Under the pieces are notes generated by a model. It was not told where the DNA came from. It saw nothing but the letters and a program-made list of their open reading frames with translations, and ran no database searches. Shown here one piece after another: positions 28,715 through 36,439 of a DNA stretch of 64,000 nt; position 1 is the first letter of the stretch; each line of letters starts with the position of its first letter. Source of the DNA: a virus. Made by a program: the position numbers and the translations under genes. Where the stretch lies: the IMG/VR virus record IMGVR_UViG_3300045988_149624. One strand, given 5' to 3'.

Positions 28715-28743
28715 TTGACAACGTTATTACAAAGTAATATAAT
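28715..28743 (+). promoter_or_regulatory. Consensus sigma-A-type promoter
   Basis: TTGACA (28715-28720), 17 nt spacer, TATAAT (28738-28743). The spacer start AACGTTATTA resembles the early-promoter family. Confidence 0.7.
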
Positions 28744-28770
28744 ATTCTTATAAGATTGGAGGATATTAAA

Positions 28771-28824
28771 ATGAATAATAAAAAAATGATAAAAGAAATA
28801 CTAAAGAAAATATTGAAGGCATAA
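28771..28824 (+). CDS. Micro-ORF, 17 aa (MNNKKMIKEILKKILKA), cationic amphipathic peptide
   Basis: GGAGGA sits 6 nt before the ATG, downstream of the consensus promoter and upstream of the terminator at 28905. Confidence 0.4.
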   Translation: MNNKKMIKEILKKILKA

Positions 28825-28904
28825 TTTTTAAATATAATAAATATTTTAATATATAAATGCGAATAATATAGATAAGTTATTCTATTTGTATTATTTATGG
28901 ATTA

Positions 28905-28940
28905 CCCTCTAGTCTTATGGCTAGGGGGTTGTTTTTATTT
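28905..28940 (+). terminator. Rho-independent terminator
   Basis: CCCTCTAG-8 nt-CTAGGGGG (one G.U pair) followed by TTGTTTTTATTT. Confidence 0.7.
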
Positions 28941-28976
28941 ATAGTCCATTTTAAGTGGAAAATTTTTAAAAAGTAG

Positions 28977-29005
28977 TTGTATTTTTGTAATATTTATCAT
29001 ATAAT
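28977..29005 (+). promoter_or_regulatory. Candidate parMR promoter flanked by GTCCA(T/C)TTTAA(G/A)TG boxes
   Basis: TTGTAT, 17 nt spacer, TATAAT. Related 14-mers at 28944..28957 and 29026..29039. Confidence 0.45.
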
Positions 29006-29054
29006 AATATCAGAAAGGGCAAAAAGTCCACTTTAAATGATATGGAGGGTTAAT

Positions 29055-29975
29055 ATGAATAATGTAAGTATATGCAGTGCTGACATAGGCAATATCACAA
29101 GTATCTTCATGGGAGATAAAAGTAGTGACATTTTAATAATTGAAAGTAGAATAGAAAAATATTCTACGATTAAAGAACTTGGAGATAATGAAATATTTGA
29201 AACAGATGAAAAATGGATAGTAAATCAAGGAGAATTTAAAAACGAACATTTAAAATTTAAAAAAGATAACTTCTTTAATTTACTTTATTATGGATTGGCT
29301 AAAGTAAGTAAAAATAATAGAATCAAACTTGTATTAGGAATTCCCGCAGGACAATATAATGAATACAGTCAGGAATTAAAAGCATTAATAAAACAAAATA
29401 ATATGAAAAAGATAACTCTTGGATCAGGTAAAGATAGAGGAACTAGAACAATTTATATTGAAGATGTGATAATTCGTCCTGAAAGCTATGGAATTAAAAA
29501 TTTAAAGTCCGTAAATAAGGCACAAGTAGAAGCAAAAACTCTTATCGTAGATATAGGTGGAGGAACAACAGATATAGCTATATTTAATGAGAAGAATAAA
29601 TTTATAGACGGAGAATCTTTAGACATAGGACTATTAGAGTTATATCATAATGTAAAGAAGTATATCTCTATGAAATATTGTAAGATTAGTCTTGAAGATG
29701 CTAAAAAAGTATTTGACGGAGAAATTAAAATGATTAATATACAAGATTATTCTTTTCTTAAAGAGTTCCAAGATGACTTTATGAATAAATTATTAAATGA
29801 ATTTAAGGGGAGTTTCCCAAGTGCTATTTCATGTAATTTAATTCTTGCAGGGGGTGGGGGAGAAATAGGTATCGACTACTTTAAGGAAGAATATCCTCAA
29901 ACTATTTTAGTAAATGATATTGGAGTAAATGCAAAAGCCTTTCGTTTAATGGGGTTAAAGAAATGGCAAAAATAA
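29055..29975 (+). CDS. Actin-like segregation ATPase (ParM/Alp family)
   Basis: Start at the ATG after GGAGGG. Actin-fold motifs SADIGNITSIF (phosphate 1), LIVDIGGGTTDIAIF (phosphate 2) and LILAGGGGE (adenosine). Confidence 0.75.
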   Translation: MNNVSICSADIGNITSIFMGDKSSDILIIESRIEKYSTIKELGDNEIFETDEKWIVNQGEFKNEHLKFKKDNFFNLLYYGLAKVSKNNRIKLVLGIPAGQYNEYSQELKALIKQNNMKKITLGSGKDRGTRTIYIEDVIIRPESYGIKNLKSVNKAQVEAKTLIVDIGGGTTDIAIFNEKNKFIDGESLDIGLLELYHNVKKYISMKYCKISLEDAKKVFDGEIKMINIQDYSFLKEFQDDFMNKLLNEFKGSFPSAISCNLILAGGGGEIGIDYFKEEYPQTILVNDIGVNAKAFRLMGLKKWQK

Positions 29976-30253
29976 AAGAGATTAGAATTAGATTTTATGA
30001 AAATGAAATAGCACTATATGACTATGTAATCTCTAAAAGAAGTGCATCAGGGTTTCTTAAAGATTTAGCAGAAGTAGAAAGGAAACGTGAACAAAATTAT
30101 GTAAACAACAATATAAATATAGATATGTTATTGGGGAAAATAGCAGGATTAAATACTTCTAATAGTATACAAAAATCTTCTCAAATAGAAAATGAAGTAG
30201 AGAATAATTTAGACGATTTTATAGATAATTTTGATGATGAGTTTGATGATTGA
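29963..30253 (+). CDS. ParR-like adaptor (RHH-like N-terminus, acidic C-terminus)
   Basis: Overlaps the parM-like gene. N-terminal beta-strand plus helices (IRIRFYENEIALYDYV). C-terminal DDFIDNFDDEFDD. Confidence 0.5.
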   Translation: MAKIKEIRIRFYENEIALYDYVISKRSASGFLKDLAEVERKREQNYVNNNINIDMLLGKIAGLNTSNSIQKSSQIENEVENNLDDFIDNFDDEFDD

Positions 30254-30278
30254 CAAACTGTTTACAATATTGTATAAT
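30250..30278 (+). promoter_or_regulatory. Consensus sigma-A-type promoter overlapping the ParR-like stop codon
   Basis: TTGACA (30250-30255), 17 nt spacer, TATAAT (30273-30278). Confidence 0.6.
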
Positions 30279-30309
30279 ATAAATATAGTTCGATATTTTT
30301 ATATATATG

Positions 30310-30367
30310 ACCACCGTAACCCTAATTATAAGCTCAACTTAATAGTCTTATTACGGTGGTTATTTTA
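30310..30367 (+). terminator. Long-loop hairpin plus U-rich tract (parMR terminator and/or leader attenuator)
   Basis: ACCACCGTAA (30310-30319) pairs perfectly with TTACGGTGGT (30351-30360) and is followed by TATTTTATT. Confidence 0.5.
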
Positions 30368-30385
30368 TTAAAGGAGGAAATACAA

Positions 30386-30667
30386 ATGGAGGAAAGAAAT
30401 CCTTATGAACTCCCTATTGTTCCTCGACAACATCAGATTAAAGTAGAGGAAGCTAGAGAATTAAGGCTTATTGATTTATTTATTGATGAAGGGAATCACG
30501 AGAAGCAACTAAGTAGAGCAGACCTTATACTTATTTATTCCCTATATGAAGATGGATTAAAGGAATTTTTAGATGATTATTTGGACTATGTAGAGAGAGA
30601 AGTAGACACAAAGGGATATAAAGTTGTTAATAAACCTCACTTCTATCTCAAATCAACAGTAGGATAA
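30386..30667 (+). CDS. Hypothetical protein
   Basis: AAAGGAGGAAA RBS 6 nt before the ATG. No motif recognised. Confidence 0.6.
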   Translation: MEERNPYELPIVPRQHQIKVEEARELRLIDLFIDEGNHEKQLSRADLILIYSLYEDGLKEFLDDYLDYVEREVDTKGYKVVNKPHFYLKSTVG

Positions 30668-30697
30668 TCACTCTTAGTAGGGTGATTATTTTTTTTT
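30664..30697 (+). terminator. Rho-independent terminator
   Basis: ATAATCAC-10 nt-GTGATTAT followed by T8. Confidence 0.8.
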
Positions 30698-30768
30698 ATA
30701 TATTTTTAATAAAAAGTGTAATATTTTCCATACTTTTTCATATAATGAAGTAAAAGGAGGGAAAAATA

Positions 30769-30948
30769 ATGAAAGGAAATAAAACAGTTATACCTGTAAG
30801 TTTTAAAAATAATATGGAGGATAAATTACTATTCTCTTGGTTAGAAGATAAATTCGAAGAATATGGTAATAAAAGTAATTATATAAAATATATTTTAAGA
30901 AAACAAATGTTATCTGAATCAAATCAATTTACTCAAAAGGTCAAATAA
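30769..30948 (+). CDS. Small ribbon-helix-helix-like protein (59 aa; below the ORF-track length cutoff)
   Basis: AAAGGAGGG RBS. TVIPVSFKNNMEDKLLFSWLEDKFEEYGNKSNYIKYILRKQM fits a beta-alpha-alpha pattern. Confidence 0.55.
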   Translation: MKGNKTVIPVSFKNNMEDKLLFSWLEDKFEEYGNKSNYIKYILRKQMLSESNQFTQKVK

Positions 30949-31046
30949 CATTGCAAGTCCAAACCAAAATAAAGCTTCATTCATTTTTGTCACCTCGGTT
31001 ATTCATAATTATATTATTAGTGTTAACTAAAAGGAGGATATTATAC

Positions 31047-31427
31047 ATGAAATCTTATACTTTCAAGGAATATAGACAAATGACAGAGAATAAATGTACA
31101 GTTGTAGAAAAATGCTTAAATGTTTTAAAGAAAAATAAAAAAGAATATAAAAAGATGGTTATACTAATAGCAATACTAATGCACAAAGGATTATTTTGTT
31201 ATGCAGCTACTACGGAAGCAGAAATATCTAATGTAGCAACACAAATCTTAAACCTGCTAATGATATTTGCACGATATGGATGTATGTGTATGGGCATAAA
31301 AAGTATTATAGAAAATGCATTACAAGGAGCGAACTTCCGTCAAGCTACTAATTCAGGTGTTCAATATTTTTTAATCTATATACTTTTAACATTCTACCCA
31401 AAATTATTCACAATGATTAAATTATAG
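31047..31427 (+). CDS. VirB2/TrbC-pilin-like membrane protein (called from topology)
   Basis: Start at the ATG after AAAGGAGGA. Signal-like TM ending CYAA, then two hydrophobic helices separated by a polar loop (ILNLLMIFARYGCMCMGI...VQYFLIYILLTFY). Confidence 0.45.
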   Translation: MKSYTFKEYRQMTENKCTVVEKCLNVLKKNKKEYKKMVILIAILMHKGLFCYAATTEAEISNVATQILNLLMIFARYGCMCMGIKSIIENALQGANFRQATNSGVQYFLIYILLTFYPKLFTMIKL

Positions 31428-31438
31428 GAGGGTTTATT

Positions 31439-31711
31439 ATGGAAGAGAAAATAGATAAATTAATAGGTGTCATGGATAAACTGACAGATATAGGAGATAA
31501 TCTTTTACATCCGATAGAATTTCTACAAGAAGCTGGTTATAAACTATTAGTAGCCATACAAGATTATTCATTTAATATATGTCTAGTCGCAGGATTTATT
31601 GCTCTTATATTATATGTGTTCGGTTATGACAAAGGAAAACGTTGGGCGTTTGTTATACCTTGCATATATTTAATTTTAAATATTATAGTAGGAGTCCTTA
31701 CAAATGCTTAA
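31439..31711 (+). CDS. Small two-TM membrane protein (VirB3/PrgI-like by position)
   Basis: GGAGGG RBS. Two C-terminal TMs. Overlaps the downstream ATPase gene. Confidence 0.4.
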   Translation: MEEKIDKLIGVMDKLTDIGDNLLHPIEFLQEAGYKLLVAIQDYSFNICLVAGFIALILYVFGYDKGKRWAFVIPCIYLILNIIVGVLTNA

Positions 31712-33956
31712 AAGTATACCTATCTCAAAGTATTTTGAGATTAAAAATCAAGAATATATATATTTAAAATTAATCCCAACAAAATCTATCAGAAATAATC
31801 GAACATTTTCAATTCTATATCTTGTGAATAAGATGTTTGTAAACTTAAATAACCTTATACAAATCGAAAATAAAAAAGTTATTCTAAAAACACAATTCAA
31901 AGCAAGTTATTATATACACATCACAAATGATAAAATTAATTTTTATTTTATCGTACCTAAATTATTCTATTCTAAATTCAAAGTTAAATTCAAAGAAATA
32001 TGGAAGTCTGTAGAGATAAAAGAAGTTGATAATATTCCTTTAATAGAAGGCGGATCTAAATATCAACTTGTCTATAAAAATAGAGACTTTTTATCTAGCG
32101 ATACAGATATGAGAAATAATGATTTATTAAATGCAAATATGAATGTAATTGAATTACTTCAAGATGAAGAAGAGGCAGGGATATTTTATAACTTCATTCC
32201 TGTATCAGAAAAGCAATCAAATTATTTTAGAGCATCTTGTCAAAAGTTTATAAAAGAATACAGAAACACTTCTGTCAAATATACTTCAAATAAAATGATG
32301 AATATTGTTATTAAGATATTAGATTTTACTGTGGATTTTTTTAATTCAACTTTAGACTTAATGTTTGGAGTTAAACAAAATAAATCAGAAAAAGTTGTTA
32401 ATTTTGATTCTTTAAGTAACAATACTTTAAAAAAGGGAATGAGTGATTTATGCAAAACCCAAATCCTAATTTCTACAAAAGGAGAAAATAAGAGAAGAGA
32501 TAAGATTATAGCAGATGCTATTGTTGGTTCTTATGGAGAAATAAAAGATGATAATGAATTTATATGTAGGAGAGTGAAAAAAGAAATGGATATTTTGAAA
32601 CCTGTGTTAAGCAATATTAATCAATTAAATACATCTGTACTTGAATGTAGTAATTTTATTGCACTTCCGGGAGAAGAATTAATTCAACAATTCCCTAATA
32701 TAGAACATAATAGTGTATATAATAAAAAATTCCCTAGATGTTTGGCTAATGGTGATATACTTATAGGAACATCTTTAAAGAATGAACCTATCTATTATTC
32801 TACAGATAAAGAATTAAGCCGTCTAGGAAGGATTCTAATGGGTGGTATGGGTTGTGGTAAAACTTACTACATGACAAACCTTGCTAAATCTATAATAGCT
32901 AAAGGAGATGGATTAGTAGTATTAGATATTATTAGAGATTGTAGTCTGTCAGAAACCATAAAAAGGGTAATTCCTAAAGATAGGCTTATAGAAATTGATT
33001 GCAGTAATTATAATCAACTACAAGGATTCTGTTTTAATGAATTAACTTGTGATGATAGTGAGGATAAATATAAGAAATTAGCTAAATGTATGGAAAAGGC
33101 TACACAATTACACATCTTATTAAACACTATTAATGCAGATACTAAATTAACTCCTAGAATGCTAAGATATTTTTATTCTGCTTGTACGGTAGCCTTTTAT
33201 AAAAATTTTAATGCCAGTTTTAAAGATATAATAGGTATACTTATGTATCCTAATGCAAGAAGAAAAGCCTTAGAATGGCTTACAGAAGGTCAAAAAAAAT
33301 TACTTGAAGATGAAATAAACGATTTAAGTGAGTTAGATAAAGAAAATAAAGATGGGGAAGTGGAAAATTACGATAGCAAGATAGATGGCATAATAGATAG
33401 AGTGAGCTTATTAAAAACTAATTTATATACTAAACTAGCCTTCAATAAGTCAGCAGAAGAGAATATAAATTTTGTGAAAGCATTAGATGAAAATAAAGTT
33501 ATATTAATAAAGGCTAGAGAAGAGGATTTTACTAACAGAAATATAAGAGACTTAATTGCTACATTTTATTTAAGTAAAGTTTGGTTGTCAAAACAAATCA
33601 GTTCAAATACTAGAACAGAAATATTCTTTGATGAAATCAATCTATTTCCAACGGCACAGACAATTCTTCAAGATATATTAACTGAATGTAGAAAGTATTC
33701 TTTTATACCTACGATATCTTTACACTTCTTAAATCAATGTAATAAAAAATGCAAAGACGCAATTTTGAGCAGCGGTTGCAGTTTTATCCTCCTTGCAGGA
33801 GCTGATGTAAAGTGTTTTGAAGAACTAAGGGGATTATTCTATAAAGAAGGGTATACAGAGACGGATATGCTTAATTTGAAGCGATTTCATGCATTGTGTT
33901 TAATCAGAAATGAAGAGAAAGGATATTCGGCATTTATTGTAAAGTTGCCAAAATAA
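31704..33956 (+). CDS. VirB4/VirD4-type (FtsK-HerA superfamily) secretion/DNA-translocation ATPase
   Basis: Walker A MGGMGCGKTYYM. Walker B EIFFDEINLF. CRKYSFIPTISLHFLNQ plus AILSSGCSFILLAG resemble the RK..v..atQs / tkifl motifs of T4SS ATPases. Confidence 0.55.
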   Translation: MLKSIPISKYFEIKNQEYIYLKLIPTKSIRNNRTFSILYLVNKMFVNLNNLIQIENKKVILKTQFKASYYIHITNDKINFYFIVPKLFYSKFKVKFKEIWKSVEIKEVDNIPLIEGGSKYQLVYKNRDFLSSDTDMRNNDLLNANMNVIELLQDEEEAGIFYNFIPVSEKQSNYFRASCQKFIKEYRNTSVKYTSNKMMNIVIKILDFTVDFFNSTLDLMFGVKQNKSEKVVNFDSLSNNTLKKGMSDLCKTQILISTKGENKRRDKIIADAIVGSYGEIKDDNEFICRRVKKEMDILKPVLSNINQLNTSVLECSNFIALPGEELIQQFPNIEHNSVYNKKFPRCLANGDILIGTSLKNEPIYYSTDKELSRLGRILMGGMGCGKTYYMTNLAKSIIAKGDGLVVLDIIRDCSLSETIKRVIPKDRLIEIDCSNYNQLQGFCFNELTCDDSEDKYKKLAKCMEKATQLHILLNTINADTKLTPRMLRYFYSACTVAFYKNFNASFKDIIGILMYPNARRKALEWLTEGQKKLLEDEINDLSELDKENKDGEVENYDSKIDGIIDRVSLLKTNLYTKLAFNKSAEENINFVKALDENKVILIKAREEDFTNRNIRDLIATFYLSKVWLSKQISSNTRTEIFFDEINLFPTAQTILQDILTECRKYSFIPTISLHFLNQCNKKCKDAILSSGCSFILLAGADVKCFEELRGLFYKEGYTETDMLNLKRFHALCLIRNEEKGYSAFIVKLPK

Positions 33957-33959
33957 CTA

Positions 33960-33988
33960 TTGACAAAATATGTAATTTATTATATCAT
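33960..33988 (+). promoter_or_regulatory. Sigma-A-type promoter of an ORF-less unit
   Basis: TTGACA (33960-33965), 17 nt spacer, TATCAT (33983-33988). Confidence 0.55.
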
Positions 33989-33994
33989 ATAATT

Positions 33995-34089
33995 GCAATG
34001 GACATTTATATGTGCCTATATGAATAATTCGTATAGGTTAATTAACCCAAAATAAGAGTTGAAATATCTCCAACTCTTATTTTTTTTTA
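33995..34089 (+). ncRNA. Candidate ~95-nt small RNA
   Basis: Lies between the promoter and a strong terminator. Internal hairpin CCTATAT/GTATAGG (34015-34037). Only a 9-codon ORF, with no RBS. Confidence 0.4.
34048..34089 (+). terminator. Rho-independent terminator
   Basis: AAAATAAGAGTTG-9 nt-CAACTCTTATTTT plus a T-run. Confidence 0.85.
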
Positions 34090-34192
34090 TACATTTTTAT
34101 GTAATTTTATTTATTTTTATATACTTTTAAAAAAGGGGCGTATTTCACCTAAATTGCTATAACCGATATGAACATTCCGCATATATTTCAGT

Positions 34193-34268
34193 TAGCTATT
34201 TTATAGCTATTACATATATGCTACATATATCATAGCATATGCAAATTGGTATTAAAAATATTCCAATT
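34193..34268. repeat. Cluster of three inverted repeats in the AT-rich convergence region
   Basis: TAGCTAT-TTT-ATAGCTA (34193-34209). ATATGCTA-9 nt-TAGCATAT (34216-34240). AATTGG-13 nt-CCAATT (34244-34268). Confidence 0.8.
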
Positions 34269-34299
34269 TAACAAAGTTTTAATAATTTTAATAATGTTG

Positions 34300-34524
34300 T
34301 TAACTGTTTTGCTTTTCATATTCTAGTATTTTATTGAGTATATCTATCTGCATTTCTTGAGAAATATCTAATCTAATTTTTAACTTCTCTATTTCTTTAT
34401 TTAAACATTCTCTTAATTCACTCGATATACTATAACCTAAAAGATTCTCCATAGCCCTTATTTTGTTTTCTATTGGACTGTGTTTCCTCTCAAATAAACT
34501 ACTCATTTCGTTATATAAATTCAT
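34300..34524 (-). CDS. Hypothetical protein
   Basis: ATG after AGGTGA. The track's upstream start is a GTG inside the RBS. Confidence 0.55.
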   Translation of the reverse strand: MNLYNEMSSLFERKHSPIENKIRAMENLLGYSISSELRECLNKEIEKLKIRLDISQEMQIDILNKILEYEKQNS

Positions 34525-34533
34525 ATTATTCAC

Positions 34534-34731
34534 CTATCCATTATACTGTTGTTCCAGTATTTCTTTTATTTTTAATAATTCATTATATAAATCTTGATTT
34601 AATTTCATTCTAAATTCCTCTGCATCAGATACAAGAGAGCCAGTAGAAGTAATCAAATGTTCTTCTGCTTTAATTGAACGTAACTCGCTAACTACTAGCT
34701 CAATCAATATAAGAAGCTGTTCTTTATTCAT
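34534..34731 (-). CDS. Hypothetical protein
   Basis: AGGAGA RBS. Helical and acidic. Confidence 0.55.
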   Translation of the reverse strand: MNKEQLLILIELVVSELRSIKAEEHLITSTGSLVSDAEEFRMKLNQDLYNELLKIKEILEQQYNG

Positions 34732-34740
34732 ATTATTCTC

Positions 34741-35313
34741 CTATCTAGTACCAGTACTACCAAAGCCGCCTCTGTCTTCATTTTCTAAAGAATCTACTTC
34801 TATAAATGTTGGCATTTTCATAGCATCTACAATTTCAAATTGTGCTATTTTATCACCTTTTCTTATCCAAGTGCCAAATACAGTTTCAGAACATAATTCA
34901 TCAACAGGCATTGATTCACTATTTTTAGGGTTAATACATACAAGAGGTGCTAACCATTCATCATTATCTCCACAATATGTATCATCTATAATACCAACGG
35001 AATTAGTTAACATACAACCCCAAGTTTTAAATGTACTACTTCTAGGATATAATTTAGCTATTTTACCTTTGGGTAACTCCATAGCAAATCCTAAATGTAC
35101 TAATCCCATTTCAAATTGAGGTATAAATATATCTTCTCTCGAATAAACATCAATTAAATTTCCTTTTGGGTTTATTTTTAATTTAGTTGCTCCTTCAAAA
35201 TATTTAATCTTTATATCCATACTACCACTCCATTCTATTTTATTCATATATTTTAAAAATTTATTTTTATATTTTGTTATATAATCATAATTTTCAAATT
35301 CAAATTTACTCAT
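34741..35313 (-). CDS. dut: dUTPase (trimeric type) with N-terminal extension
   Basis: C-terminal motif V EDRGGFGSTGTR. GIIDDTYCGDNDEW (motif III-like). GGAGTGA RBS. Confidence 0.8.
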   Translation of the reverse strand: MSKFEFENYDYITKYKNKFLKYMNKIEWSGSMDIKIKYFEGATKLKINPKGNLIDVYSREDIFIPQFEMGLVHLGFAMELPKGKIAKLYPRSSTFKTWGCMLTNSVGIIDDTYCGDNDEWLAPLVCINPKNSESMPVDELCSETVFGTWIRKGDKIAQFEIVDAMKMPTFIEVDSLENEDRGGFGSTGTR

Positions 35314-35533
35314 ATTTATTCACTCCAACTACTGCATCTGCATACCAATAATATCTACCCATATCTAAATCTATTTTAAACTTTACTATAGGATTAGAAC
35401 TACACATTTTTGTTATAGTAGCAGTTTTACCTGCATACTGAAACATACCTTCTGTTAAATCAGTATATCTACCATAATCTAAATTACAGGCTATTCTAAT
35501 CTTGTCTCCTACTTTAAGTCTTCTTATTTTCAT
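35306..35533 (-). CDS. Hypothetical protein
   Basis: ATG 5 nt after AAGGGTGA. Confidence 0.55.
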   Translation of the reverse strand: MKIRRLKVGDKIRIACNLDYGRYTDLTEGMFQYAGKTATITKMCSSNPIVKFKIDLDMGRYYWYADAVVGVNKYE

Positions 35534-35538
35534 ATTTA

Positions 35539-35962
35539 TCACCCTTTCCTTTCAATATTATCAAACCCTTCAATTATACAAGGTGGTTCAATATTTTCAG
35601 ATTCATTTAGTAACCAATGTGAAGATACAAATTTCTTCTTAAAATAAACACAATCAATTTCTACATCTTTTACATCTTCCTTAACATAAGAAATTATATT
35701 TTTCCTTCCTTCTCTAGTAAGATTACGCCCATCATATATAACAGAGCAACCTTTCTTTAAGTTATCAACTATTTCTTGTTTTGCTTTATCTATTATAACA
35801 CTAGATTTGCCATCAGTAAGTCTTTTTAAATAACCAAATTCTTTTACTTCTAAAACATCATAAGAAACAATTACCGTATCTTTATTTCCAAATACATATT
35901 GTTTAGCATAAGTAGTTTTACCAGTGTTCGGTAATCCTACTAACATTATAAATTTATTCAAA
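35539..35962 (-). CDS. P-loop kinase (polynucleotide/nucleotide kinase-like, AAA_33-type)
   Basis: TTG start 5 nt after GGAGGGG. Walker A LVGLPNTGKTTYA. The track's upstream extension overlaps the preceding ORF. Confidence 0.6.
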
Positions 35963-36202
35963 TTATCCCCTCCTATAGAAATTGCAAGAGACTGAATGAA
36001 AACTTCTATTTTTACCTTTAGTGCATATCTGCCCTGAAGGCTTAGAGAAATCATAATATTCACAAAATCCACAACATTTAGTATTTATATTCCATTCTTT
36101 AGCCTTCAAGCAGATACCTAAAGCATCTATTATTTCGCAATCATTACACTTTCTTCTCTCACAATATTCTTTAATTTCTGAAAGTGATTGATAAATGCTC
36201 AT
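35963..36202 (-). CDS. Cys-rich small protein
   Basis: 9 Cys in 79 aa (EYCERRKCNDCE..CCGFCEYYD). Confidence 0.55.
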   Translation of the reverse strand: MSIYQSLSEIKEYCERRKCNDCEIIDALGICLKAKEWNINTKCCGFCEYYDFSKPSGQICTKGKNRSFHSVSCNFYRRG

Positions 36203-36205
36203 ATT

Positions 36206-36370
36206 TTAATCCATATCCTCACAATGTTCACAATCATTACAGTTTAAATATCTCCCATGAGTATCAACAAATATATTTTCGTCACATTTATGGAATATGG
36301 TTTCTTCATCGTAAATATCAAATAGGTCGTCAATCCAACAGTCAAAGTAGTTACACCATTTCATATTCAT
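36206..36370 (-). CDS. Cys-rich small protein, 54 aa (not in the ORF track)
   Basis: AAGGGTGA RBS directly downstream of promoter P1. MNMKWCNYFDCW...LNCNDCEHCEDMD. Confidence 0.55.
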   Translation of the reverse strand: MNMKWCNYFDCWIDDLFDIYDEETIFHKCDENIFVDTHGRYLNCNDCEHCEDMD

Positions 36371-36393
36371 CACCCTTTCCTTATTATATTTAT

Positions 36394-36422
36394 ATTATAT
36401 CATATTTTAATATTGTTGTCAA
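36394..36422 (-). promoter_or_regulatory. Conserved early promoter P1
   Basis: Minus-strand TTGACA, 17 nt spacer, TATAAT. Spacer ACAATATTAAAATATGA. Confidence 0.75.
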
Positions 36423-36439
36423 GTAATTTTATAAACTTT

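Noticed and set aside
30951-31046. N-terminal extension of track ORF 30951..31427, and similar upstream extensions (29037, 30356, 4116, 16913, 44079, 61377, 36072, 42878)
   Set aside because: The extensions lack an RBS or begin at alternative codons inside the RBS. Internal ATGs with a GGAGG-type RBS at 5-9 nt were preferred.
36184-36426. + strand ORF 36184..36426
   Set aside because: It covers promoter P1 and a minus-strand 54-aa ORF that has a proper RBS. Its own translation is low-complexity.
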